Positions 1 to 7,348 of a stretch of 19,097 bases of DNA are shown here, piece by piece; the first letter of the stretch is position 1, and each line of letters begins with the position of its first letter. Made by a program: the position numbers and the translations under genes. Where the stretch lies: NCBI RefSeq assembly GCF_020969955.1, contig NZ_JAHDSX010000043.1, positions 1-19,097 on the forward strand. Direction: 5' to 3'. The notes below the pieces were generated by a model. The model ran no database searches and was not told the DNA's origin. It saw only the letters and a list, made by a program, of their open reading frames with translations. This DNA is from Allobaculum fili (GTDB lineage Bacteria > Bacillota_I > Bacilli_A > Erysipelotrichales > Erysipelotrichaceae).

Positions 1-66
<66 letters not shown>

Positions 67-182
67 GATATTGACTCAAACGCTTATGCGTTTAATGTTT
101 CGTGAATAAATGATTGTTCGAGTACTTTTTGTGATTTTAAGAATCGACGTTGTGTATTTCGAATTTCTTGATCTGTCTGTAA

Positions 183-196
183 AGTTTTCAAAGAGC
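183..196 (-). promoter_or_regulatory. boxA-like rRNA antitermination element in the rrn leader
   Basis: The minus strand reads GCTCTTTGAAAACT, close to the bacterial rrn boxA consensus (E. coli TGCTCTTTAACAA; Firmicutes variants carry CTTTGAAAAC). It lies between the proximal promoter candidate and the 16S 5' end. Confidence 0.6.
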
Positions 197-239
197 CATC
201 TGTTTGTGAGAAGATCAACGTCTCTCACAAGGCTTGTTT

Positions 240-268
240 ATCATATCATCATCAGAAATCTCTGTCAA
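240..268 (-). promoter_or_regulatory. sigma-70/SigA-type promoter candidate (proximal rrn promoter)
   Basis: Minus strand TTGACA (263-268), a 17-nt spacer, then TATGAT (240-245). It sits upstream of boxA and the 16S gene. Confidence 0.6.
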
Positions 269-275
269 CAGCTAT

Positions 276-300
276 TTGTGAATTTCTTTAAGAATTTCAC
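276..300 (-). repeat. 25-bp AT-rich near-palindromic module upstream of the -35, copy 1
   Basis: ttgtgaatttctttaagaatttcac matches 407-431 at 22 of 25 positions. The core GTGAA-N13-TTCAC is an imperfect palindrome. It starts 10 bp upstream of the -35 at 263-268. Confidence 0.6.
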
Positions 301-370
301 TTAAACCATTTTCTTCGATATCTAAAGGTGATTTGATGCGTTTTGGAAGTCATTTCCTTAACGCTCACTT

Positions 371-399
371 AGAATATCACGTCCTGCATTTTCACGCAA
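371..399 (-). promoter_or_regulatory. weaker promoter candidate (middle rrn promoter, paralogue of 240-268)
   Basis: Minus strand TTGCGT (394-399), a 17-nt spacer, then TATTCT (371-376). The whole 371-431 block aligns colinearly with 240-300. Confidence 0.35.
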
Positions 400-406
400 G
401 CTTTAT

Positions 407-431
407 TTGTGATTTTTTCTAAGAATTTCAC
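407..431 (-). repeat. 25-bp AT-rich near-palindromic module, copy 2
   Basis: ttgtgattttttctaagaatttcac. It has the same spacing (10 bp) from its -35-like hexamer as copy 1. Confidence 0.6.
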
Positions 432-476
432 ATTGCCGTTTTTTTAACGGGAATCCCGCTTGCAAACAGCTTGTAC

Positions 477-506
477 TTTATACCTCTTTAGAGCGCAGTC
501 CGTCAA
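477..506 (-). promoter_or_regulatory. promoter candidate (distal rrn promoter)
   Basis: Minus strand TTGACG (501-506), an 18-nt spacer, then TATAAA (477-482). Confidence 0.5.
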
Positions 507-787
507 CCAAAAAGTTCTGAAGGCGTCAGAAAAGAAAATTGAAATAGTAAATTCCAGTCTGCTGATTTTTTTGCTTCTGGCTTTTTAAGCGGTCAAAACA
601 TGTTTTGAAGCCAAAACGCTATACCATATAACCAAAAGACAAAAGACAGAATATGACGGATTGAATCCAGGATTGCAGACGGCTGCTGCGAAGATCTGCT
701 TTTCTTCGCTCATGCGAGCCTGTATTCGCAGCTGGATCCGTTCATCCAGACAGAAGCAGTTGACTCTGCTCAGTAAGGAAACGTTAT

Positions 788-1375
788 ATGGATCAGCTCA
801 AAGAGACAATTCTCGAAAAAGGAAAAATTCTTTCCCCCTCGATTTTGAAAGTCGATCAGTTTCTGAATCACTGCATCGACACCGAACTGATGGATGCGAT
901 TGGAAAACGTTTTGCAGACTGTTTTGCCGGTCATGGCATTACAAAAGTCATTACGATCGAAAGCGGCGGAATTGCGCCTGCGCTGATGACCGCGGTTCAT
1001 ATGGGTGTTCCGCTGATCTTCGCCAAAAAAGCTGTCCCCTCCACCATGACAGATCCCGTCTTTGTGACCGTCCACTCCTTTACGAAAAACGTGGATTATA
1101 CCCTCTGCATGGAACGTTCCCTCATTGCGCCAGGAGATCGTGTACTTTTCATTGATGATTTTCTGGCCAATGGACAGGCCTTTGAAGGCATCCGCACGCT
1201 GCTCGAACAGCAGCAGGCTGTTTTAGCCGGTGCTGGCATCTGCATTGAAAAATCCTGGCAGCCTGGCCGCCGCATCGTGGAAGAAGCCAGTATTCCGTTA
1301 TGTACGCTGGCTTCCATTGCTTCCATGTCTCCAGAAGAAGGAATCACCTGGAATCTGGATCACGAAACGTGCTAA
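788..1375 (+). CDS. xpt: xanthine phosphoribosyltransferase
   Basis: 195-aa ORF. An AAGGAA Shine-Dalgarno lies 8 nt upstream of the ATG. The PRPP-binding loop VLFIDDFLANGQA and overall colinearity match Firmicutes Xpt (LKVDQFLNH..., ITKVITIESGGIAPA). Stop codon is TAA. Confidence 0.9.
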   Translation: MDQLKETILEKGKILSPSILKVDQFLNHCIDTELMDAIGKRFADCFAGHGITKVITIESGGIAPALMTAVHMGVPLIFAKKAVPSTMTDPVFVTVHSFTKNVDYTLCMERSLIAPGDRVLFIDDFLANGQAFEGIRTLLEQQQAVLAGAGICIEKSWQPGRRIVEEASIPLCTLASIASMSPEEGITWNLDHETC

Positions 1376-1455
1376 GCCGGTTTCGTTCTTCGTTTATCCG
1401 CCCTGCGGAAAGCCGATGTGAAAAAACCGTTTTATGAATTCACCGCAGAATACAA

Positions 1456-1507
1456 ACCGCGCTCTGTTCGATGACATGCTGTCCATCGACAGAGCGCGGT
1501 TTTTTTA
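1456..1507 (+). terminator. rho-independent terminator after xpt (may also serve the convergent minus-strand gene)
   Basis: An 11-bp perfect stem, ACCGCGCTCTG (1456-1466) with CAGAGCGCGGT (1490-1500), is followed by TTTTTT. On the minus strand the same hairpin is followed by the weaker tail TTTGTATTCT. Confidence 0.8.
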
Positions 1508-1578
1508 TGAATTCTGACAGCGGGATAGGGATGAAATTTTGGTTTCCCCGTATGTATTCGGTGAAGGTCGTCTGTGAA

Positions 1579-2421
1579 TTATTCCTGTGATTCGGTGAAA
1601 ACGACTCTTCCCTTAGCTTCATCGATATCGTAGATCAGTTCGCCGGCAGCCGGAACTTCGATCGTTCCGGAAAGCGGGTTTTTGATACTGTCAATCGGTT
1701 CGGTCAGCGTCGCCCGAACGTCCGAACGCTCAAAGGCGAGATCGGTATCCACCATGCGGCAGTTGATCAGCTGAAGGTTCTTGCAGTAGCAGAGCGGCTG
1801 GGTACCGATGATTGTGCAGTTGATCAGCGTCAGGTTTTCACTGTACCAGGCCAGATATTCGCCTTTGATCACGCTGTTGCGAACCGTGACATTTTTCGAA
1901 TGCCAGAACGCGTCTTTCGTATCGAGATTGCAGTCGTCGAGGGTCGCGTTTTCCACATACTGGAACGAATACTTTCCATGAAGCGTTACGTGATCAAAAA
2001 GAAGATGGCTTGAACGCATCATGAAGTATTCCGCTGTGACTTCCGTATCGAACATGATCATCGAGCGAACCGACCAGCCAAATTCCGGCGAGTTCACCGT
2101 GCAGTCGGAAATGCGGACATCCGCACATTCACGTACGGCTTTAATTCCGTTGAGCTTGCTGTGGTCAATCTGCACATGATCCGCATACCAGAGGGCAGCC
2201 CGGCAGTTTTCCGTCAGTTCTGCATTTCGGATGGACAGATCTGTGTCGTGCCAGAACGGATAGCGAAGATTGCAGTAGCAGTCTTCCACCTGAATGCGCT
2301 GGCATTCTTTCAGTGCGCTTTCTCCGTCGGCCGGTCCATCAAAGCGGCAGTTTTTCAGAGTCAGATCATGAGCACCGTAAAAGGCTCTCTCCTGATCAAA
2401 CGTTTCATTTTCACAAATCAT
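1579..2421 (-). CDS. DUF3737-family protein (predicted right-handed beta-helix repeat protein), function unknown
   Basis: 280-aa ORF. It shows repeated hydrophobic-N/D-C/V beta-helix rungs (LKNCRF, VEDCYC, ISDCTV, LDDCNL, VRNSVI, LINCTI, LINCRM). The C-terminal IKNPLSGTI motif matches the roughly 280-aa DUF3737 family as I remember it. A GGAAAGGA Shine-Dalgarno-like sequence lies upstream. Confidence 0.65.
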   Translation of the reverse strand: MICENETFDQERAFYGAHDLTLKNCRFDGPADGESALKECQRIQVEDCYCNLRYPFWHDTDLSIRNAELTENCRAALWYADHVQIDHSKLNGIKAVRECADVRISDCTVNSPEFGWSVRSMIMFDTEVTAEYFMMRSSHLLFDHVTLHGKYSFQYVENATLDDCNLDTKDAFWHSKNVTVRNSVIKGEYLAWYSENLTLINCTIIGTQPLCYCKNLQLINCRMVDTDLAFERSDVRATLTEPIDSIKNPLSGTIEVPAAGELIYDIDEAKGRVVFTESQE

Positions 2422-2440
2422 CGGGTTTCGATCCTTTCCA

Positions 2441-2470
2441 TATATGTTTTTTCTGTATATGTTTTTTCTG
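2441..2470. repeat. perfect 15-bp tandem duplication (tatatgttttttctg x2, then a partial third unit ttatgttttc)
   Basis: Read directly: 2441-2455 equals 2456-2470. It sits 20 bp upstream of the DUF3737 start codon, in the 5' UTR or promoter. Confidence 0.9.
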
Positions 2471-2661
2471 TTATGTTTTCGCTTTGCGTCTTATACATAT
2501 GATGAATAAATAATTGTTTTTATTCATTATCCTGATTCGCAGCCATTATACGCCTCTCCATAGTTTTCCTGCAGTTCAAGCTCCTGATCCAGCCTGGGCC
2601 ATCCAGAATTTGAAGGTTTTCTGTTGGAAACCGAGATGTACTGTCGTTTCTCCAGAAGAGC

Positions 2662-2709
2662 GCAGAAAAGGACAGATTCAGCGTTGCCGGGGCGCTTTGT
2701 CTGTCCTTT
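2662..2709 (-). terminator. probable terminator of the S8 protease gene
   Basis: Minus strand AAAGGACAGA (2700-2709) pairs with TCTGTCCTTT (2667-2676). An inner AGCG/CGCT stem is present. The tail is TTCTGCGCTCTTC. Confidence 0.45.
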
Positions 2710-2740
2710 GGTTTTATTGCCTTTTTCAATCCGCCATTAT

Positions 2741-5700
2741 TCAGGCTGCCTGCCGTTTTAACGCATCAAGCTGGGATGCGTCTGGCGTTTTTCTCAGGTT
2801 CAGAAGACGCTGATGAAGCTGACGGGCTTTTTCATTCGTATCCGTCTGGCTTTCGGGTTTTAAAACCAGGGATCTGGCCTGCTCAGCCAGTTTCTGAAGC
2901 GAATCGAGAGAAGAAGAAAAGTCTGCCGGATTCAGCTGTTCCGTTTTGTTTACAGCTTCTTTCAGCAGTTCGACATAGATCGGCTGAACTTCAATCTGTA
3001 CATTCCGTTCGCTGACATACCGGCCGAGCAGTATGATCGTTTTTCCTTCCCGTGCATAGACGTAATCTACGCCTGCATTCAGAGGAGCCAAGGCGCCTTC
3101 GATTGTGACCGTTATGGTTTTGGGCAGCGCCCAGCCATCTTCTGCCTCCAGATTCATTACACAGTCGCGCCCCGTCTCATGTTCTCCGTGAATACGCAGA
3201 CTGCAGTGCTTCAGGCTATCCGGGCTCAGAGAAATTTCGCCAACCCCGTCTTTTACAGCATGGATCACAATTCGCAAAGCGTGACCGCTCATCTGGTCTG
3301 CCGGGATGGTCAGTTTACCCGTCTGGCTCGCATAGGCATAGGCTGTCGAATCCAGAAGCCGGCTGTCCATATAGACGGAAATCTGGCTGGGCAGTTTATA
3401 GCCGTTCTTTGCCTGCACCTGCATCGCAAAGTCCGCATTTCGTATCGCCGTTTGTTCCTGCGGCCAGCTGACGGCATCGCCTTCCAGCTGCAGATCCATT
3501 ACATCCAGAACACCCTCGGCTTCCAAAGTCAGTTCGCCCTCGGTAAGCAAAGACGGAAGGAGCACAATTTCACCGGTCGAAGGATCATACGCATATTGAT
3601 CGGAAGGAACCGAAACATTGTTCTTTTTTAGTCTCACGCCTGTCGGCAGCGTATACGAAGTATCGGCTTCCAGTACGATGCGACAGGAACCGTCTTCCTG
3701 CTGATTTTTCGAGGCAATATGCACGTGTATCAGATTATAGGAAATATTTGCCGCTCTGGATACCGTCAGACGATAAGCCGTTTCGTTTCGGGCATAGTCG
3801 CCAATTACGACGGTATACGAACCTTCTGAAAGATGGTCTGCCGGAAGCGTAATGGTCTGTGTCTGGCCAGGCTCTGCCGCCGTATCCGGCGCGGCAATGG
3901 CGGTCGTTTTTCCATTTTGATCGACGAGCGCGCCCGCTGCTGCATAGCGGTTGTCGCGAACCCTCAGTTGGATTTCATCAGACGAAGCCTGTGCGCTCTG
4001 CAGCTGGGGGGCTTCGTTATCGAGCGTGAATGGGAATTCAAGCTTCATGCCAGGCTTTAATGTGCCATTCAGCGCTTTTTCCTGAAGTTTCAGCACGTTG
4101 CCGCCTTCGGTATATTCCGTAATGGCCGCGGTGGTAAATACGTAAGGCGTGTTTTCGGCCAGACCGTTTGTCATCGTCGTATTGACGAGCCGCTGCGTAT
4201 GGGTCTGATCGTTCCAGTTCGTCTGGGTGCCGTTCAGTGTGGTATAGGGTTTGGAAAGATTAACCGAATACGTTCCATCCTGATTGTTCAGCATCAGCTG
4301 GCCGTCTGCAGTAAAGATCATATGGCGCAGACCGCTGACGTTTCGAACGGAGGAGAACGTTACGTCCACAAAAGTCTGATCCGAGTTCATCGCCGAGCGG
4401 GATTTATCTTCCGTGCCTTCTTCCACTACATACGGATTGCCCGCGAGATAGCGGGATTTCTTCGTGCTGGTGGAGGAAATTTTCAGCATGTTCGTATGGA
4501 TGCGGCCATCCGGATCCCGTTTCACCACATAGGCAGTTTCATCTGGATCTTTGGCTGAAGAATACAGGGAAACATTTTCGAAAATACCCGGTTCTTCCCA
4601 GTCGCCGAAAAAGCCCAGGATCGGAATGGAATAAACGGTCTCGTTTTCGAGATACGTGCCGGCACTGCTGCAGGGGCGAATCGTCACATAGCCTTCGATG
4701 TAGGCACCTTTGGGCGTTTCGCGATTCAGTCTTTCCTTTTCTGCAGCAGAGAGCGCATACGTCAGATTGAAGCCGCTCTTCGCGCCGTTTTTGAGTGTGT
4801 AAACCTGATTGGCCTGGGTGTCCGCTTCCAGATCCATCGGGCGGGTGGTCTTGAGCAGGTTTCCGTGCTCGTCGACCTTCTGGGTAAAGAGATGCTTTTC
4901 TACCTTGAAGTGAATGTCGCTTGTTTTTTCGATTCCTTCCAGATAAATACGGGACAGATAGCTGCCGGTACGATCCTTATCGTCCTTGAGTTCAATTTTG
5001 ACTTTGCCGTCTTCTGCAGAATCGGTTGCCGACGGATCCATGGAAATCAGAAGCTTTCCATGAACCGCCTGATCAATGCGGACTTCTCCAGCCCCCTGCT
5101 GCAGAACCGGCAGATAATTGCCGTCCTCATCCTTCATTGGAATCGCGGTCGACATCAGAAGCGAATTTTGAAGAAAACGTTTGCTTCGGCCAAGTTTTGT
5201 GGTGAGATCCTGCTCGTTAATCCAGTGCGACAGAATTCCAGCCATGCCCGCTACAGCAGGCGTCGCCATCGAAGTACCGGCCCGGTAATCGTATCCGGCA
5301 TTCGAAGATTCACCGTTGCTGGAAAGAATCATGACACCCGGAGCACTGACTTCTGGCTTGAGTTCCAGCGTTTCCGGAATGCCCCAGGAACTGAACGAGG
5401 CTGCGTTCATGCGCAAGGACGTCTTACCGGACTGGTCTGTCTGGAAGGAATCCGGGTCAGAAGCCGCCACAGCAAGAGTATTTGTATACGTTCCAGGCGA
5501 ACCGTCGGTCGAAAAGGAAATATCACCGGGTTTAAGCTTTCCGTTCAGGTTCGTGCTGTCGGCCCAGTTGCCGCTGTTGCTGGACGCGGCACAGATGACG
5601 ACATCTTTCTCCTTCAGATGATCGAGAATATTCTGGTAGCGCGGATCGCTGCTGGTGCCAAATCCGGCGGAATTGCTGGAAAGGGACATATTGATCACGT

Positions 5701-6820
5701 CACAGTCCAGCGTGATCGCATCTTCGATTGCCGCAAACAGTGTGGATTCACTGCCGTTGGCATTTTGACCGAACACTTTCATCACGAGAATCTGTGCATC
5801 GCTCGCATATCCCTTCATATACTGAGATTCGATAAAACTGTTCCCTTTTTTGATCAGGGAATTGGCGGCAATGATTCCCGTGACATGCGAGCCATGATCG
5901 ATATTGCCAAGAGCGTGGCTGGCGTCGATCGTTCCGTCCGCATAGTTGTACTGGAACGGAATCTTGTCCGAAATATACAGGCGGTTCAGATTTGCACTGC
6001 TTTTGTCGCCGTCCTGCAGATGAAGCGAACTCATTACCGCTTCAATGTCGCTGGACTCCATAAGATCCAGACTTGCCTTATAGTCTGCCGCGTTCATATG
6101 GTTTTGCTGCGCTTTACGGGAGAGCGATTCATTGAAGCAGTCGTTATTGAACACTTCATGACTGGCGTTCAGACCGGTGTCCAGCACCGCGATACGCGTA
6201 CCCTGACCGCTTTCCTCGTTCAGAGCCTCGTCGTTGATTCCCGTTACTTCACCGTTCGTTCCGCCAGTCTGAGCCGATCCAAGATCGGCCGGCTGGGTAT
6301 CTTCCGCTGGATAAATTTTCTGCTCAACCGTCACCTGCCGGACAAAGTCCAGAGACTGAATGTTCTCAATCTGACTGGTCTGAACTTCGACGCTGACGGC
6401 ACTTGCGCTCAGATCCAGACGGGTGAGAATGTCGAGCGGCTTGTCGTTCTGGATCTGACGTTCAATCTGACGAACATGCTCATCCTGACGTCTGCGGATG
6501 TCTTCACGAAGCGCGATAATATCGGGATCCGCCGGATCCCAGTCTTTCCCCTCCATGATTTCCATTACGCACGGATCCGTGAATTCAATCAGAACGCGTG
6601 CGGTTTTCATATTCTGAACGCGGACTGTCCCGGAATCTGCCGGATACTGTTCTGGAAGATCGTAAACGTCTTCGATCGGCTGCGCGCTGACGATATATGA
6701 ACGGTCATTTTCCGAATCTGCCGCCGCTGCGGGAACAGCCAGTCCGCAAAAGCTCACGGCACCGGCCAGAAGCACGGAGAGCATCCGGCCGGTCAAGTCG
6801 GCTGGTTTATGCAATTTCAT
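2741..6820 (-). CDS. secreted subtilisin-like serine protease (peptidase S8, lactocepin/C5a-peptidase-like architecture), about 1,359 aa
   Basis: The catalytic triad motifs occur in order: IAVLDTGL (Asp), HGSHVTGIIA (His), GTSMATPAVAGMAG (Ser). I chose the start at ATG 6820 (MKLHKPADLTGRMLSVLLAGAVSFCGLAVPAAAA, signal-peptide-like) because GAAAGGGGAAAGAAGGA precedes it. The ORF track's 6892 start has no Shine-Dalgarno. An I9-like propeptide region follows the signal peptide. Stop codon is TGA at 2741-2743. Confidence 0.9.
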   Translation of the reverse strand: MKLHKPADLTGRMLSVLLAGAVSFCGLAVPAAAADSENDRSYIVSAQPIEDVYDLPEQYPADSGTVRVQNMKTARVLIEFTDPCVMEIMEGKDWDPADPDIIALREDIRRRQDEHVRQIERQIQNDKPLDILTRLDLSASAVSVEVQTSQIENIQSLDFVRQVTVEQKIYPAEDTQPADLGSAQTGGTNGEVTGINDEALNEESGQGTRIAVLDTGLNASHEVFNNDCFNESLSRKAQQNHMNAADYKASLDLMESSDIEAVMSSLHLQDGDKSSANLNRLYISDKIPFQYNYADGTIDASHALGNIDHGSHVTGIIAANSLIKKGNSFIESQYMKGYASDAQILVMKVFGQNANGSESTLFAAIEDAITLDCDVINMSLSSNSAGFGTSSDPRYQNILDHLKEKDVVICAASSNSGNWADSTNLNGKLKPGDISFSTDGSPGTYTNTLAVAASDPDSFQTDQSGKTSLRMNAASFSSWGIPETLELKPEVSAPGVMILSSNGESSNAGYDYRAGTSMATPAVAGMAGILSHWINEQDLTTKLGRSKRFLQNSLLMSTAIPMKDEDGNYLPVLQQGAGEVRIDQAVHGKLLISMDPSATDSAEDGKVKIELKDDKDRTGSYLSRIYLEGIEKTSDIHFKVEKHLFTQKVDEHGNLLKTTRPMDLEADTQANQVYTLKNGAKSGFNLTYALSAAEKERLNRETPKGAYIEGYVTIRPCSSAGTYLENETVYSIPILGFFGDWEEPGIFENVSLYSSAKDPDETAYVVKRDPDGRIHTNMLKISSTSTKKSRYLAGNPYVVEEGTEDKSRSAMNSDQTFVDVTFSSVRNVSGLRHMIFTADGQLMLNNQDGTYSVNLSKPYTTLNGTQTNWNDQTHTQRLVNTTMTNGLAENTPYVFTTAAITEYTEGGNVLKLQEKALNGTLKPGMKLEFPFTLDNEAPQLQSAQASSDEIQLRVRDNRYAAAGALVDQNGKTTAIAAPDTAAEPGQTQTITLPADHLSEGSYTVVIGDYARNETAYRLTVSRAANISYNLIHVHIASKNQQEDGSCRIVLEADTSYTLPTGVRLKKNNVSVPSDQYAYDPSTGEIVLLPSLLTEGELTLEAEGVLDVMDLQLEGDAVSWPQEQTAIRNADFAMQVQAKNGYKLPSQISVYMDSRLLDSTAYAYASQTGKLTIPADQMSGHALRIVIHAVKDGVGEISLSPDSLKHCSLRIHGEHETGRDCVMNLEAEDGWALPKTITVTIEGALAPLNAGVDYVYAREGKTIILLGRYVSERNVQIEVQPIYVELLKEAVNKTEQLNPADFSSSLDSLQKLAEQARSLVLKPESQTDTNEKARQLHQRLLNLRKTPDASQLDALKRQAA

Positions 6821-7298
6821 TCCTTCTTTCCCCTTTCTTTTCTTATTCAGGCAAAACACGTTTTGTTCCGCTTCGAACAAGTCATTTCCCATTTCAAGCT
6901 CCCTTTTCGATCGATTCTATTCGCCCTGAAGAAATCATCTGGAAACAGAAAAGAGGTTTTGCCGACTGGATTTCCTTTACTCTGAGCGGACAAAGCCGTT
7001 CAGCTTGTACGCTGCAAGATTTTCCTTTCGGCAAAATGACCTGTATGGTTACCCGAATCCGCCAGACCGTACAGTCTTGCGTCTTCTGAATCTCATCTTA
7101 GCAAGAAGCACGTTTCCATAAAGCGGACTGTTGAAAATGAAATTTACTTGTTTGATTTTTCTTTTCCGCGTTTTTGATCAAATCTAATCCGAATAACGTT
7201 GCACTCTCAGCCGCTTTGGCGCCCGGGTTCTCGGTCGCTTCCTTTTTCTGCAGACACCTTTGCTCAAAGTGCCCGGCTTTACGAAAATGGGTACATGC

Positions 7299-7331
7299 AA
7301 AAAAGCCGCCCTCGCTTGGAAGACGGCTTTT
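7299..7331 (-). terminator. terminator after hppA
   Basis: On the minus strand, an imperfect hairpin AAGCCGTCTTC / GAGGGCGGCTT with a 5-nt loop is followed by TTTTTTGC. Confidence 0.6.
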
Positions 7332-7348
7332 GCGTTTTAGAGAAAAGA

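Noticed and set aside
600-787. A purine (guanine) riboswitch was expected upstream of xpt, as in Bacillus.
   Set aside because: The conserved cores (UAUAAU...GAUAUGG...UUUCUACC...CCGUAAAU...GACUAUG) are absent. Only short generic hairpins are present. The 661-1155 ORF overlapping xpt is out of frame and spurious.
2441-2470. Tandem repeats as a possible CRISPR array or minisatellite.
   Set aside because: There are only two 15-bp units with no spacers. No CRISPR-like repeat-spacer periodicity occurs anywhere in the window.
2520-2729. 69-aa minus-strand ORF (TTG start) just after the protease stop codon, and the 99-aa plus-strand ORF at 2514-2813.
   Set aside because: There is no convincing Shine-Dalgarno and the composition is not protein-like. 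The region contains the probable protease terminator hairpin (2662-2709).
4865-6700. 611-aa ORF on the plus strand inside the protease gene. Similar long antisense ORFs occur at 8303-9475 and 7199-7936 (opposite hppA), 16608-17843 (opposite the recombinase) and 14963-15640 (opposite murB).
   Set aside because: At least the antisense ORFs at 4865-6700, 8303-9475 and 16608-17843 are codon-aligned with a well-supported gene. All are R/S/L/F/C/H-rich, and I saw no ribosome-binding site on them. They stay open because the sense genes rarely use TTA, CTA and TCA codons. That is a codon-usage artefact, not an overlapping gene.
6821-6892. Longer N-terminal extensions offered by the ORF track for the protease (start 6892), murB (15901) and the small ORF (10478, GTG).
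   Set aside because: Each internal ATG has a properly spaced Shine-Dalgarno. Those starts give a signal peptide (protease) or a conserved N-terminus (murB). The extended starts have no Shine-Dalgarno.
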